Positions 9,441 through 18,382 of a stretch of DNA of 43,345 nt are shown here, piece by piece. A program made the position numbers and the translations under genes. The number at the start of each line of letters is the position of its first letter. Position 1 is the stretch's first letter. This stretch comes from a virus. Its lineage: Duplodnaviria; Caudoviricetes. The notes beneath the pieces were generated by a model. That model was not told the DNA's origin, made no database searches, and saw only the letters and a list, made by a program, of their open reading frames with translations. Location: the IMG/VR virus record IMGVR_UViG_3300005805_000156, positions 1 through 43,345 of that record, one strand, 5' to 3'.

Positions 9441-9764
9441 ATGGCAACGTTCATCATAGTTCTACTGGCTGGAATTTTTGTTATAGCACTCGTGCTGTTC
9501 ATTGATAAACTTGCAAGAGAAGCTGACGCTAAAGAGCTGCCTAATGAGCCAGCTCCAGAACCAGTTCCTCAACCAGAACCAGTTCCTCAACCAGAACCAG
9601 TTCCTCAACCAGAACCAGTTCCTCAACCAGAACCCGTAAAAGAAGATACGGTAGCCAAAGTAGCTGCCAAAAAGACCCCAGCTGTCAAGAAAAGCTCTAA
9701 TAAAGTTGCAGCTGATGGAGCCAGGGAGCCTCAAAAGAAAAGAGGTAGAAAAAAGGCGAAATAA
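9441..9764 (+). CDS. single-pass membrane protein with Pro-rich spacer and basic tail
   Basis: N-terminal hydrophobic helix, (PEPVPQ)4 and a Lys/Arg-rich C-terminus. Confidence 0.75.
   Translation: MATFIIVLLAGIFVIALVLFIDKLAREADAKELPNEPAPEPVPQPEPVPQPEPVPQPEPVPQPEPVKEDTVAKVAAKKTPAVKKSSNKVAADGAREPQKKRGRKKAK
9555..9634 (+). repeat. 18-bp tandem repeat x4.4
   Basis: CCAGAACCAGTTCCTCAA repeated perfectly four times. Confidence 0.95.
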
Positions 9765-9789
9765 TAATAAAAACTAATTAAACTAACTC

Positions 9790-9815
9790 AATGGGAGCCT
9801 AGGCTCCCATTTTTA
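9790..9815. terminator. terminator hairpin between convergent genes
   Basis: Palindrome AATGGGAGCCTAGGCTCCCATT followed by a T run. Confidence 0.75.
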
Positions 9816-10541
9816 TTGCACTGTAACTATATCTGTAAGCCTTGAACGCGATGGTATGGGATCAACACCGGGAATTAATTGTTTCAATTTTTTAACAGTA
9901 GAAATAAATTCTGAAAATTTATTGTTAGGGAGTAGCTTGTTTGGCACTATAAAGGTATAGGTAACTTTTTTGTCTGGAATAATTATTATTCTCCAAATAT
10001 GAGATGGCACTGGAGTTCCATCTACTAAACGAATTGCGTGCTCATCATGAACTGTTCCAGTTATAACAAAAATTTTCTTATTCTTAGATGCTATTTTTCT
10101 TGTGAATGTCTCAACAGATTTCCAAAGCTGTCTGTTATTTTGAGGAATCTGTGGAATAATGTTGGTCATCATGAAGCTCTTAGCTGCTTCTTCAGCGCTG
10201 TATGCAAGATCATCAAAAGGTACTAGATGCCCTCTGTCATATCCAGATCCGGCGTACGCTGAGGAGGATGACTGTGACTCTCGAGGAATATTCGGATCCG
10301 GCTTAAAAACATTCTTTCGTTCTGTGTCGGGCATGAGCAGAGTTCGGGACTCTATAGTGTGCGCTGTCCATATGGCTATCTTGGAAGCTGTTGAGTACCC
10401 GATAACAAAAGTCTGTTTGCAGAGCACCATGAGAGATTGAGATGTTTTTGGAAGCTGCCTATTAAAGGCTAGGTCTTCACACTCCGCTAGGCACGCGAAA
10501 GAAGTAAATAATAATAAGAATGAAAGGACTAGTTTTTTCAT
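9813..10541 (-). CDS. secreted DNA/RNA non-specific endonuclease (NucA/Serratia family)
   Basis: Signal peptide MKKLVLSFLLLFTSFACLA. Motifs YDRGHLVP, MTNI.PQ...N...W...E, V.VITG and VP...W.I. GATAAATA lies upstream on the minus strand (10575-10582). Confidence 0.9.
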   Translation of the reverse strand: MKKLVLSFLLLFTSFACLAECEDLAFNRQLPKTSQSLMVLCKQTFVIGYSTASKIAIWTAHTIESRTLLMPDTERKNVFKPDPNIPRESQSSSSAYAGSGYDRGHLVPFDDLAYSAEEAAKSFMMTNIIPQIPQNNRQLWKSVETFTRKIASKNKKIFVITGTVHDEHAIRLVDGTPVPSHIWRIIIIPDKKVTYTFIVPNKLLPNNKFSEFISTVKKLKQLIPGVDPIPSRSRLTDIVTVQ

Positions 10542-10655
10542 TTTTTATTCCTGTATCTATGATCATATTGACTGTATTTATCCTGACCTGGATGTGACTT
10601 AGCAGATTACAGGCACACCACTTTGTAGTATAATTTATCTAGGAGAACATATAAC

Positions 10656-10784
10656 ATGCTTATTAGTTTTGATTTCATAAATGGTGTTTCAGTAGGCATG
10701 GAATATGTTGATTCCGTGGATGAAGATTTTGAGCACACCATCATATTAGATCTCCTCTTGGTGAGATTCTTATTTCAATGGTAA
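10656..10784 (+). CDS. small hypothetical protein (42 aa, not in ORF track)
   Basis: AGGAG RBS, TATAAT at 10629-10634; MLISFDFINGVSVGMEYV...LFQW. Confidence 0.55.
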   Translation: MLISFDFINGVSVGMEYVDSVDEDFEHTIILDLLLVRFLFQW

Positions 10785-10802
10785 GTTGAAAATAGGTGAG
10801 TA

Positions 10803-11417
10803 ATGAGCTTAATTTTACTACTAGATTCAAATGGGCATCCCAACAATTGGGTAACGTGGAAGACCGCAGCCTGCTACTACAGTAAAGGATTGGTTTCATG
10901 GGGCGCTGGTGAGTGTGAGTTTGTGCTACGTGGGGGTAACAATAAATTTACTGGTGAGCAGTCCATAATTAAAGCCTCTTCAATTATAGCCGTGAAAGGG
11001 CACGTATCTAGTAAATGGTTTAGACAACCTTCTCTAACCAATTCAGAGTTATTTAGGAGAGACAGATACACTTGCGCGTACTGTGGCCAGCTGTTCAAGC
11101 ACTCTCAGCTGTCACGTGACCATATCGTCCCAAAATCAAAAGGTGGGCCGGATACCTGGATGAATGTGGTTACTTGTTGCGCCAGGTGCAACCAGAAAAA
11201 GGAAGCCAAGAGCTTGGAGGCGTGCGGAATGTCACTCCTCTACATTCCCTACGTTCCAAATCGTGCTGAGCATCTGGTTCTACAGAATAGGAATATACTC
11301 TATGATCAGATGCAATTTCTACTAGCATTTGCTCCTAAAAAATCAAGAATTCACGAATATGCCGCCGATCTTGATGCTCTAAAATGCCCCACTCAAATGA
11401 TAATTGGAGATGAATAA
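10803..11417 (+). CDS. HNH endonuclease (McrA-like, Zn-binding)
   Basis: LFRRD.YTCAYCG, SRDHIVPKSKGG.D.W.NVVTCC..CN..K. Confidence 0.9.
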   Translation: MSLILLLDSNGHPNNWVTWKTAACYYSKGLVSWGAGECEFVLRGGNNKFTGEQSIIKASSIIAVKGHVSSKWFRQPSLTNSELFRRDRYTCAYCGQLFKHSQLSRDHIVPKSKGGPDTWMNVVTCCARCNQKKEAKSLEACGMSLLYIPYVPNRAEHLVLQNRNILYDQMQFLLAFAPKKSRIHEYAADLDALKCPTQMIIGDE

Positions 11418-11418
11418 C

Positions 11419-11982
11419 ATGGATGATGAAATCGATAAAGACGGTGAAAACTTTTTACTGCTAAAGTTTGTAAAAATATATGGAACACTGTGTGTTGCTG
11501 GTTTCATACTAGCCGTGGTGTTGGCAACTCTTATAGCTAGTAGTGTCCCTACAGATTCTGTGCTGCTCAAGATAGCCATTGGATTCATCTCAACTTGGCT
11601 GTTCACCCGAGTATTCGTGATGCTAGCGCCTCCAATTGCGAAATTCATAGCGTATAGAGGAAATTGGCACAAGTGTGCCCAAGATATGAATTTTCTGGTA
11701 TCTCTTACTAAACCTCAAGCCGAACAACCTGAGACCGAGCCAGTTGAGAAATACAAGACCGTGGTGATGCACGTTGAGAATCTTCCAGAGTCTCCCATCG
11801 GCAAATTCATGGATACCGATTTCTATGAGTGGATAGATTTTAGGGACGAGGACGGTCAAATCCAAAGATTTAAATTTGATGGCACCATTAACATGGATTC
11901 ATTTCAAAATACTCCTGTTATTCATGGTGTTTATATTGTTCCACCAGGGATTATCTATAAAAAAGATGAAGCTCAAGCATAA
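11419..11982 (+). CDS. membrane protein (two TM helices)
   Basis: Two hydrophobic segments; GGAG RBS. Confidence 0.65.
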   Translation: MDDEIDKDGENFLLLKFVKIYGTLCVAGFILAVVLATLIASSVPTDSVLLKIAIGFISTWLFTRVFVMLAPPIAKFIAYRGNWHKCAQDMNFLVSLTKPQAEQPETEPVEKYKTVVMHVENLPESPIGKFMDTDFYEWIDFRDEDGQIQRFKFDGTINMDSFQNTPVIHGVYIVPPGIIYKKDEAQA

Positions 11983-12328
11983 TTAGTTACTAATCTTGAA
12001 ATGTTTTAGATATAATTACCATATGTTGGTTCATAGCCAGAACCCACCTCTTTTTCCAGAACGGAGACAGAATTACATGCAAAATGCTATATTAGAAATT
12101 GTATGCAAATTGGTTCCCTTGGGTGTGCAGTGTAATTCAGCGCAAATACACCCATTCCATACAGCTATGACCTCACGAAAAAATCAGAGAACTTCCGCAC
12201 ATGGTGCTAAAAATATGTCTGTTGGAATATTCAGTCAGTACGCTCGGCCTCAGTAGTCTAAAGTTTTTTGGAATTAAACCGTGCGCCTCAATTTACTGAT
12301 TGGAATAATTTAAATTGATGCGCTTTTG

Positions 12329-12336
12329 CATAAATA
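12329..12336 (+). promoter_or_regulatory. late-promoter-like CATAAATA upstream of prkA operon
   Basis: One mismatch to TATAAATA. The nATAAATA core recurs upstream of many genes in this window. Confidence 0.5.
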
Positions 12337-12380
12337 CCTTCATATTGTCATATGAGCCCGCATAGAGGAGTATATCTGAA

Positions 12381-14339
12381 ATGAAGCTAACAGAAACTTT
12401 TAAACAATCCTTCGTCAAAAAGTTTTCAACACAGTCAGAGATGACTCTTCTAGAGTATCTAGACTTGTGCAAGACCGACAAGATGGCATATGCTAATGCA
12501 GCAGAGCGCATGCTAGCAGCAATTGGTGAACCACAGGTAATCGATACCTCGCGTGACAGTCGCCTCAGCCGTATTTTTTCAAATAAAAAGGTTCGCTTCT
12601 ATGAAGCATTCAAGGATTTCTACGGTGCCGAAGAATCCATAGAGCGAATGGTGGCCTACTTCAGGCACTTTGCACAGGGCTTGGAAGAATCCAAACAGAT
12701 TCTCTATCTCAAGGGCCCAGTTGGTGGTGGCAAGAGCTCTCTAGTCGAGCGTCTCAAAGAACTCATGCAGCAGCACCCAATCTATGTACTCAAGGATCCC
12801 AATGAAAAGAATCCAGAGTTGCAGATTTCACCACTGTTTGAGGGCCCACTCGGTCTCTTCAATCGCGCAGAGCATGGAGAAACGCTGCAAGAGGAATACG
12901 GTATCTCTCCCCGGTATTTAAACACTGTAAGTTCTGGCTGGGCACAACAAAAACTCCGTGAATTTAATGGCGATATAACTAAATTCTCTGTTGTTCGTAT
13001 CTATCCTAACAAAGATAGTCAAGTTGGCATTATGAAGGTAGAACCAGGCGACGAGAACAACCAAGACGTATCCGTTCTTATTGGTAAAACTGATATCCGC
13101 AAGCTGGAGCAGTTCCCCCAGAACCATCCATACAGTTATTCTTACTCTGGTGGTCTAAATCGCACCACCCAGGGAATGATGGATTTCGCTGAGATGTTTA
13201 AGGCAAATATTAAGACACTCAATCCTCTCTTGATGGCAACACAAGAACACAACTATAATGGAACCGAGAATATCCCAGCGATGCCTTTCACAGGAATTAT
13301 CTGCGCTCACAGCAATGAGGCAGAGTGGTTCAAATTCCGAAATGACAAGTCTAATGAGGCTTTCCTAGATCGCGTATATATCGTGAATGTTCCCTATTGC
13401 CTACGGGTATCTGAGGAACAGAAGATCTATGAAAAGATGCTAGTGTCCTCTTCACTCAAAGATGCTCCATGCGCTCCAGAAACTCTAAAATCTCTGGCAG
13501 AGTTCATGGTTCTTACTCGACTTCATGAGCCAGAGAACAGCACCATCTATGCCAAGATGAAAGTCTACAATGGTGAGAATGTTAAGGATACCATGCCCAT
13601 GGCCAAACCTTATGAAGAATATAAGGAAGCAGGTGGAGTAGACGAGGGTATGACTGGCTTGAGCACTCGATTTGGGTTCAAGATCATCTCTCAAACATTT
13701 AACCTACGTCCAGAAGAGGTACAGGCAAATCCTATTGATCTCATGTATGTGCTAGAAGAAGCTCTCAAGCGTGAACATCTACCTGCAGAAACCATGAGTG
13801 TGTACATGGATTTCATTAAGTCTTGGGTTCAACCTCGCTATCTAGAATTCATTGACAAGGAACTGCGTATCGCTTACCTAGAGAGCTACAGCGACTTTGG
13901 GCAGACCATGTTTGAGCGATATGTACTCTTTTCAGAGGCATGGTTAGATGATTCTACTGTTAGGGATCCAGAGACTCACACCCTGTTAAATCGTGAGAAT
14001 TTGAATTCCAAGCTGGAAGAGATTGAAAAATCTGCTGGCATTGTAAATGCCAAGGATTTCCGTAATGACATCGTTCACTATGTGCTCCGCAGCCGTGCCA
14101 AGAATGAAGGAAAGATGCCAGCCTGGAATTCCTATGAGAAAATCAAGGTTGTGATTGAAAAGAAAATGTTCGCCGCAACTGCTGAGATCATGCCAGTTGT
14201 CTCATTCAATCCTAAGGGTAGCAGTGAAGAACAGAAGAAACATGACGATTTCGTTGCACGCATGAGGACCAAGGGTTACACCGATCGTCAGATTAGAACT
14301 CTTGTTGATTATTGGATTAACAATAAAAAGAGCTCTTGA
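12381..14339 (+). CDS. prkA: PrkA/YeaG family AAA+ ATPase / serine kinase
   Basis: YANAAERMLAAIGEP, F.DFYG.EE, KQILYL.GPVGGGKSS (Walker A), EPGDENNQD.S.L.GK.DIRKLE, AHSNE.EW, EAFLDR, GVDEGM.GLSTRF.FK. Confidence 0.95.
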   Translation: MKLTETFKQSFVKKFSTQSEMTLLEYLDLCKTDKMAYANAAERMLAAIGEPQVIDTSRDSRLSRIFSNKKVRFYEAFKDFYGAEESIERMVAYFRHFAQGLEESKQILYLKGPVGGGKSSLVERLKELMQQHPIYVLKDPNEKNPELQISPLFEGPLGLFNRAEHGETLQEEYGISPRYLNTVSSGWAQQKLREFNGDITKFSVVRIYPNKDSQVGIMKVEPGDENNQDVSVLIGKTDIRKLEQFPQNHPYSYSYSGGLNRTTQGMMDFAEMFKANIKTLNPLLMATQEHNYNGTENIPAMPFTGIICAHSNEAEWFKFRNDKSNEAFLDRVYIVNVPYCLRVSEEQKIYEKMLVSSSLKDAPCAPETLKSLAEFMVLTRLHEPENSTIYAKMKVYNGENVKDTMPMAKPYEEYKEAGGVDEGMTGLSTRFGFKIISQTFNLRPEEVQANPIDLMYVLEEALKREHLPAETMSVYMDFIKSWVQPRYLEFIDKELRIAYLESYSDFGQTMFERYVLFSEAWLDDSTVRDPETHTLLNRENLNSKLEEIEKSAGIVNAKDFRNDIVHYVLRSRAKNEGKMPAWNSYEKIKVVIEKKMFAATAEIMPVVSFNPKGSSEEQKKHDDFVARMRTKGYTDRQIRTLVDYWINNKKSS

Positions 14340-14376
14340 GCAGGCTTGTGGATCTTTCTAAATACGGAGTAGAATA

Positions 14377-15702
14377 ATGGCATTTATCTTTATTGATAGA
14401 AGAAAAGCTGGAAAAGGCAAATCTACTTCAAATAGACAGAAATTGATCAAGCGCATCAAGAATTTCATTAAAGTTGCAGAACCAAAGAATATTGGTACTG
14501 GTGGTGTAAGTGGGACTGGTGTTGGTGCTAATAACACCAGTCCAATTAAAGTTAGTGCGGAAGCACTAGAAGAACCACATTTTCTCTACGCTGAAGGTGG
14601 GGAAGAGACCTTAGTATTCATTGGCAATTTTGAGTATGATCGTGGAGATGTCCTAGACTTTCCACAATCAAGCGCTAAATCCTCAAAGGCTGGACTTGGT
14701 GAAAATGGGGAAGATGATTTCATCGTCAACATCGCGCGTGATGAATTTTTAGATCTGTTCTTTGAAGACTGTGAACTACCCAATCTCTCCGCTGAGAAAT
14801 ACACGGAAAAATTGGATGTTATTCAACAACAAGCAGGATTTTCTACAACAGGCAATCCCGCGCAACTGAGCATTATTAGGACGTACAAACAATCTCTTGG
14901 TAGGCGTTGGGCAATCATGGGCCCCTACAAGGAAGAGCTCCGGGAGCTCAAAGAAGAATTAGAAGAGCTCACCAATAAGTATGGATCAGAACCATCTCAA
15001 GAGGAAGTACGGGCAAGAAAGGCTGAGATAGAAGAAAGAATCATGGCACTCCATCGTAAGATGAATGCTCTTGATTGTTTTGAAAATGCTGATCTACGGT
15101 ACAGAAAGAAAGAGGCCCGACCACTAAAAACTGTTGATGCTGTACTCATCATGAGCATGGATATCTCTGGGTCAATGGATGAGAACAAGAAGAAAATAGC
15201 TAGAAGGTGGTTTGCCTTGCTCTATGCATTCATCAAGAGACGCTATACAAATACTGAATTGGTTTTCATAGCGCATACAGAAGAAGCATTTGAGATGAAT
15301 GAACAAGATTTCTTCACTACCAAGATAAATGGAGGAACCAAGGTATCTGCTGCCCTAGAGCTCATCAACAACATTATCAAAGACCGATATGATACTGCCA
15401 CCACTAACATCTATGTATCCCACGCAAGTGATGGAGACAACTATGACAGTGACAATCCTGTAGTCAAGGACATACTCATAGGTGATGGGCATCTCATGAA
15501 TAAAATCCAATTTTTTAACTATGTTGAAGTAGGTTCACAGCGTGGCTGGCTGATCAGCAACGACAGTACCACTAATCTATGGGACACCTATGATGATGTA
15601 AGAAATGCTCAGCCCAAGAGAAAGGTAACTCTTTCTGTGATAGAACATGCCGAAGACTGCTATCCTATATTTAAGAGAGTTTTCAGAAAAGAAAATTCTT
15701 AA
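14377..15702 (+). CDS. yeaH: YeaH/YhbH (DUF444) vWA-domain protein
   Basis: FIDRR..GK.KS..NRQ, MIDAS MDISGSM, FI.HT..A.E, GGT.VS.AL, NIY..HASDGDN. Confidence 0.92.
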   Translation: MAFIFIDRRKAGKGKSTSNRQKLIKRIKNFIKVAEPKNIGTGGVSGTGVGANNTSPIKVSAEALEEPHFLYAEGGEETLVFIGNFEYDRGDVLDFPQSSAKSSKAGLGENGEDDFIVNIARDEFLDLFFEDCELPNLSAEKYTEKLDVIQQQAGFSTTGNPAQLSIIRTYKQSLGRRWAIMGPYKEELRELKEELEELTNKYGSEPSQEEVRARKAEIEERIMALHRKMNALDCFENADLRYRKKEARPLKTVDAVLIMSMDISGSMDENKKKIARRWFALLYAFIKRRYTNTELVFIAHTEEAFEMNEQDFFTTKINGGTKVSAALELINNIIKDRYDTATTNIYVSHASDGDNYDSDNPVVKDILIGDGHLMNKIQFFNYVEVGSQRGWLISNDSTTNLWDTYDDVRNAQPKRKVTLSVIEHAEDCYPIFKRVFRKENS

Positions 15703-15726
15703 AGACAGGAAACGAGAGGAAAACAA

Positions 15727-17217
15727 ATGTCACCATTAATAACTTCTAGGACAGACTGGACTCCTGAGCTTCTTCAGGAAATATGGGCCCACATAGAAGA
15801 CATAGCTAAAGGAGATCTGGGGCTAGATTACTACGATCCTCAGTTTGAAGTAATCTCCGCAGAGCAGATGATAGATGCATATGCGTCAGTTGGTATGCCA
15901 GTAAACTATCATCACTGGTCTTTTGGTAAAGATTTTACCAAGAACATGACCAAGTATCAAAAGGGTAGAATGGGTTTGGCATATGAGATAGTTGTTAATA
16001 CAGATCCATGCGTGTGCTACCTCATGGAGGAGAATAATGCTGTTACTCAGACTCTTGTCATGGCGCATGCGGCCGCCGGCCATTCGTTTGTTTTCAAGAA
16101 CAACTACATGTTCAAAGAATGGACCTCTGCAAGTTCTATTATTGACTACATGCTCTTTGCCAAGAATTACATACGTGACTGTGAGAGTCGGTATGGAGAA
16201 GAAGAGGTTGAACAAGTTCTTGATGCCGCACATGCTCTAAGCATTCATGGTGTTGATAAGCGTAAGCGCAGCTACAAGAAGAGGCTGAATGAAGAGGAAC
16301 GGGCTCGTCATGAATTGGAGAAGGCAGAGGACGAACAGCGAAATCTAGACATCATTCTCAAGAAAACTTCAGTTGTGGAAGAGCACGCGCAGAAAGAAGA
16401 AGATCTAGATTCAGTTGGTGATGAGGAGAATTTGATCTACTTCATCTACAAAAACGCACCAAATCTTCCACAGTGGAAGCGAGAAATTCTAAGAATAGTC
16501 TACAAAATTCAGCAGTATTTTTATCCTCAGGGCCAAACCAAAACCCTTAATGAAGGCATGGCCACATTTACTCACTTCTACATTATGGATGAGCTAGAAA
16601 AGAGAGGTCTCATCTCTGATGATGCTCAGTTGGCGTGGCTACACCTGCACTCAAATGTAATCTACCAGCCTGACATTACTAGCCGACACTATGATGGCTC
16701 ATTCAATCCGTACGCGCTTGGATTTGCAATCTTAAATGATGTTAGGCGCATCTGTGAGGATCCCACTGATGAAGATAGAGAATGGTTCCCACAGCTCGTT
16801 GGTGCAGATTGGCGGGAAGAGGTTAGAAATGCTGTAGCAGAGCACAGAGATGAGAGCTTTATTCAGCAGTATCTCAGCCCGACCCTGATTAGAAAGCTGA
16901 GAATGTTCTCGGTTGATGTTAAACAATCAACCGGGGTGGTGACAGAAATAAGTGATGATGTTGGCTACAGAAACATTAGAAACATCCTATCCAACTCCTA
17001 CAATTCAGTAAATAGAATTCCAGAAATTGTTGCCAAATCAGCTAAGATGAGAGGTGACAGAACGCTTACACTGGAATATATTCCTTTTAGAAATCGTGAT
17101 CTACACAATGCATACGCCAGTAAAACACTGAAGCATGTTAGGAATCTATGGGGATATCCAGTGGAAATAGTGCGGCAGGGAACGGCTAGCACCTATACCT
17201 ACATGAGTATTTCTTAA
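15727..17217 (+). CDS. spoVR: SpoVR/YcgB family protein
   Basis: EQMIDAYAS.GMP..Y.HWSFGK.F, GLAYEIV.N, LVMAHA..GH..FKNN, QYFYPQ.QTK..NEG.ATF.H, NPYALGF. Confidence 0.95.
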   Translation: MSPLITSRTDWTPELLQEIWAHIEDIAKGDLGLDYYDPQFEVISAEQMIDAYASVGMPVNYHHWSFGKDFTKNMTKYQKGRMGLAYEIVVNTDPCVCYLMEENNAVTQTLVMAHAAAGHSFVFKNNYMFKEWTSASSIIDYMLFAKNYIRDCESRYGEEEVEQVLDAAHALSIHGVDKRKRSYKKRLNEEERARHELEKAEDEQRNLDIILKKTSVVEEHAQKEEDLDSVGDEENLIYFIYKNAPNLPQWKREILRIVYKIQQYFYPQGQTKTLNEGMATFTHFYIMDELEKRGLISDDAQLAWLHLHSNVIYQPDITSRHYDGSFNPYALGFAILNDVRRICEDPTDEDREWFPQLVGADWREEVRNAVAEHRDESFIQQYLSPTLIRKLRMFSVDVKQSTGVVTEISDDVGYRNIRNILSNSYNSVNRIPEIVAKSAKMRGDRTLTLEYIPFRNRDLHNAYASKTLKHVRNLWGYPVEIVRQGTASTYTYMSIS

Positions 17218-17246
17218 CGTGCAACACAAGAGCAAGGTAAAAGAAA

Positions 17247-18224
17247 GTGACAACATTTAAGCAATTTTTGAGGGAGGGAGGAGGTGCAACGCGGGTGTTC
17301 AATCCGTCTCGCGCTTCGGCTAGCGACATTACTGAGGCACTGCACTTTGCTTCTGGGTTAAAAACGCTTGGAATGTCTCCTCAAGAATTACGGGCATCTC
17401 TGCTTGGGTCTGCTGATGTGACTGCCTTGCACGCAGAAAAAGCTCTGACAAGTGGAGATGTAGATGTTGCTGTATCTGCGCCCTCTGACGATGAAGAGCT
17501 CAAGAGGCGCATGACTGAGGTATATGATGAAGCCGCTGCGCACCTGAAGAAGATCTACGCTGGCGATCCAGAGCACAGTGGTAAGAAGATTGGTGAAAAT
17601 AACTTTGGTACTCGGGTGGTGTCGCTGCCCGTACCACTCTTCAAGGATGGAGCCATACGTAAGATAGTTCAGCTGGATCTCATGTTTGTTAAGGATGTTG
17701 ACTGGGCAAAGTTCGCATACCATTCAGCGCAGCACCGCGAAGAGAATGGTTCAGCGTACAAGGGAGTAGTGAGAAATGTACTACTCATGAGCACCATAAT
17801 TCATCATAGAGAGCCAGGGAAAGATTTTGTACACTACGATCCAGAATCTGGAAACGTCATTGCTCGAGCCAGCAGGTCATTAAAGCTGGACTCTGGGATG
17901 GAGCGGTTGTTCAAGCTAGCGAAGCGCAGCAAGACGGGTAAATTTACCAAAGAACTGCAGAAAGTCAGCCCTCAAGATCTAGAAGCTTTCCTCAAAAATG
18001 CCGGATTGGACTATAAATTCTCACATGATCCGGATATCATCAGCGATCCAGATAAGCTGGCGCGGTTGTTGTTTGGCCGAGGAGTACGGGCAAAGGACAT
18101 AATGAGTGCTGAGGGTATCATAGAAAAAATACAGCACCTGCCAAACGCAAAAGAGATCCTTGATCATGCAGTTAAGGAGTTTGAAAAAGGTGGCATTCCT
18201 ATTCCTAAGGAGCTGAGCTCCTAA
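17247..18224 (+). CDS. Pol-beta-superfamily nucleotidyltransferase, possible head-internal protein
   Basis: LLGS...SGDVDVAV, third Asp in VQLDLM, YKG..RN; N-terminus (GTG) MTTFKQFLREGG. Confidence 0.7.
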   Translation: MTTFKQFLREGGGATRVFNPSRASASDITEALHFASGLKTLGMSPQELRASLLGSADVTALHAEKALTSGDVDVAVSAPSDDEELKRRMTEVYDEAAAHLKKIYAGDPEHSGKKIGENNFGTRVVSLPVPLFKDGAIRKIVQLDLMFVKDVDWAKFAYHSAQHREENGSAYKGVVRNVLLMSTIIHHREPGKDFVHYDPESGNVIARASRSLKLDSGMERLFKLAKRSKTGKFTKELQKVSPQDLEAFLKNAGLDYKFSHDPDIISDPDKLARLLFGRGVRAKDIMSAEGIIEKIQHLPNAKEILDHAVKEFEKGGIPIPKELSS

Positions 18225-18382
18225 CACCGTATCCTGCTACGCTTCAGTATTTTAAGTTCTCTCAGAGATTTAAATAATTTACAGCTTAAAACCCTTCAAG
18301 TTTTAAGCTGACTCTATCTATGATAAAATGCTCCTATACTCATAGGCTGCACCCGCACTCCCAATCACATATAGGAAATCAC

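Noticed and set aside
9555-9634. Short direct repeats as a possible CRISPR array
   Set aside because: The repeats are contiguous with no spacers and encode an in-frame PEPVPQ linker.
10803-11417. Mobile homing endonuclease or intron
   Set aside because: It is a free-standing McrA-like HNH gene and interrupts no flanking gene.
11996-12256. 86-aa ORF upstream of prkA
   Set aside because: It has a TTG start and no recognisable motif. A shorter version from the ATG at 12077 is possible but unsupported.
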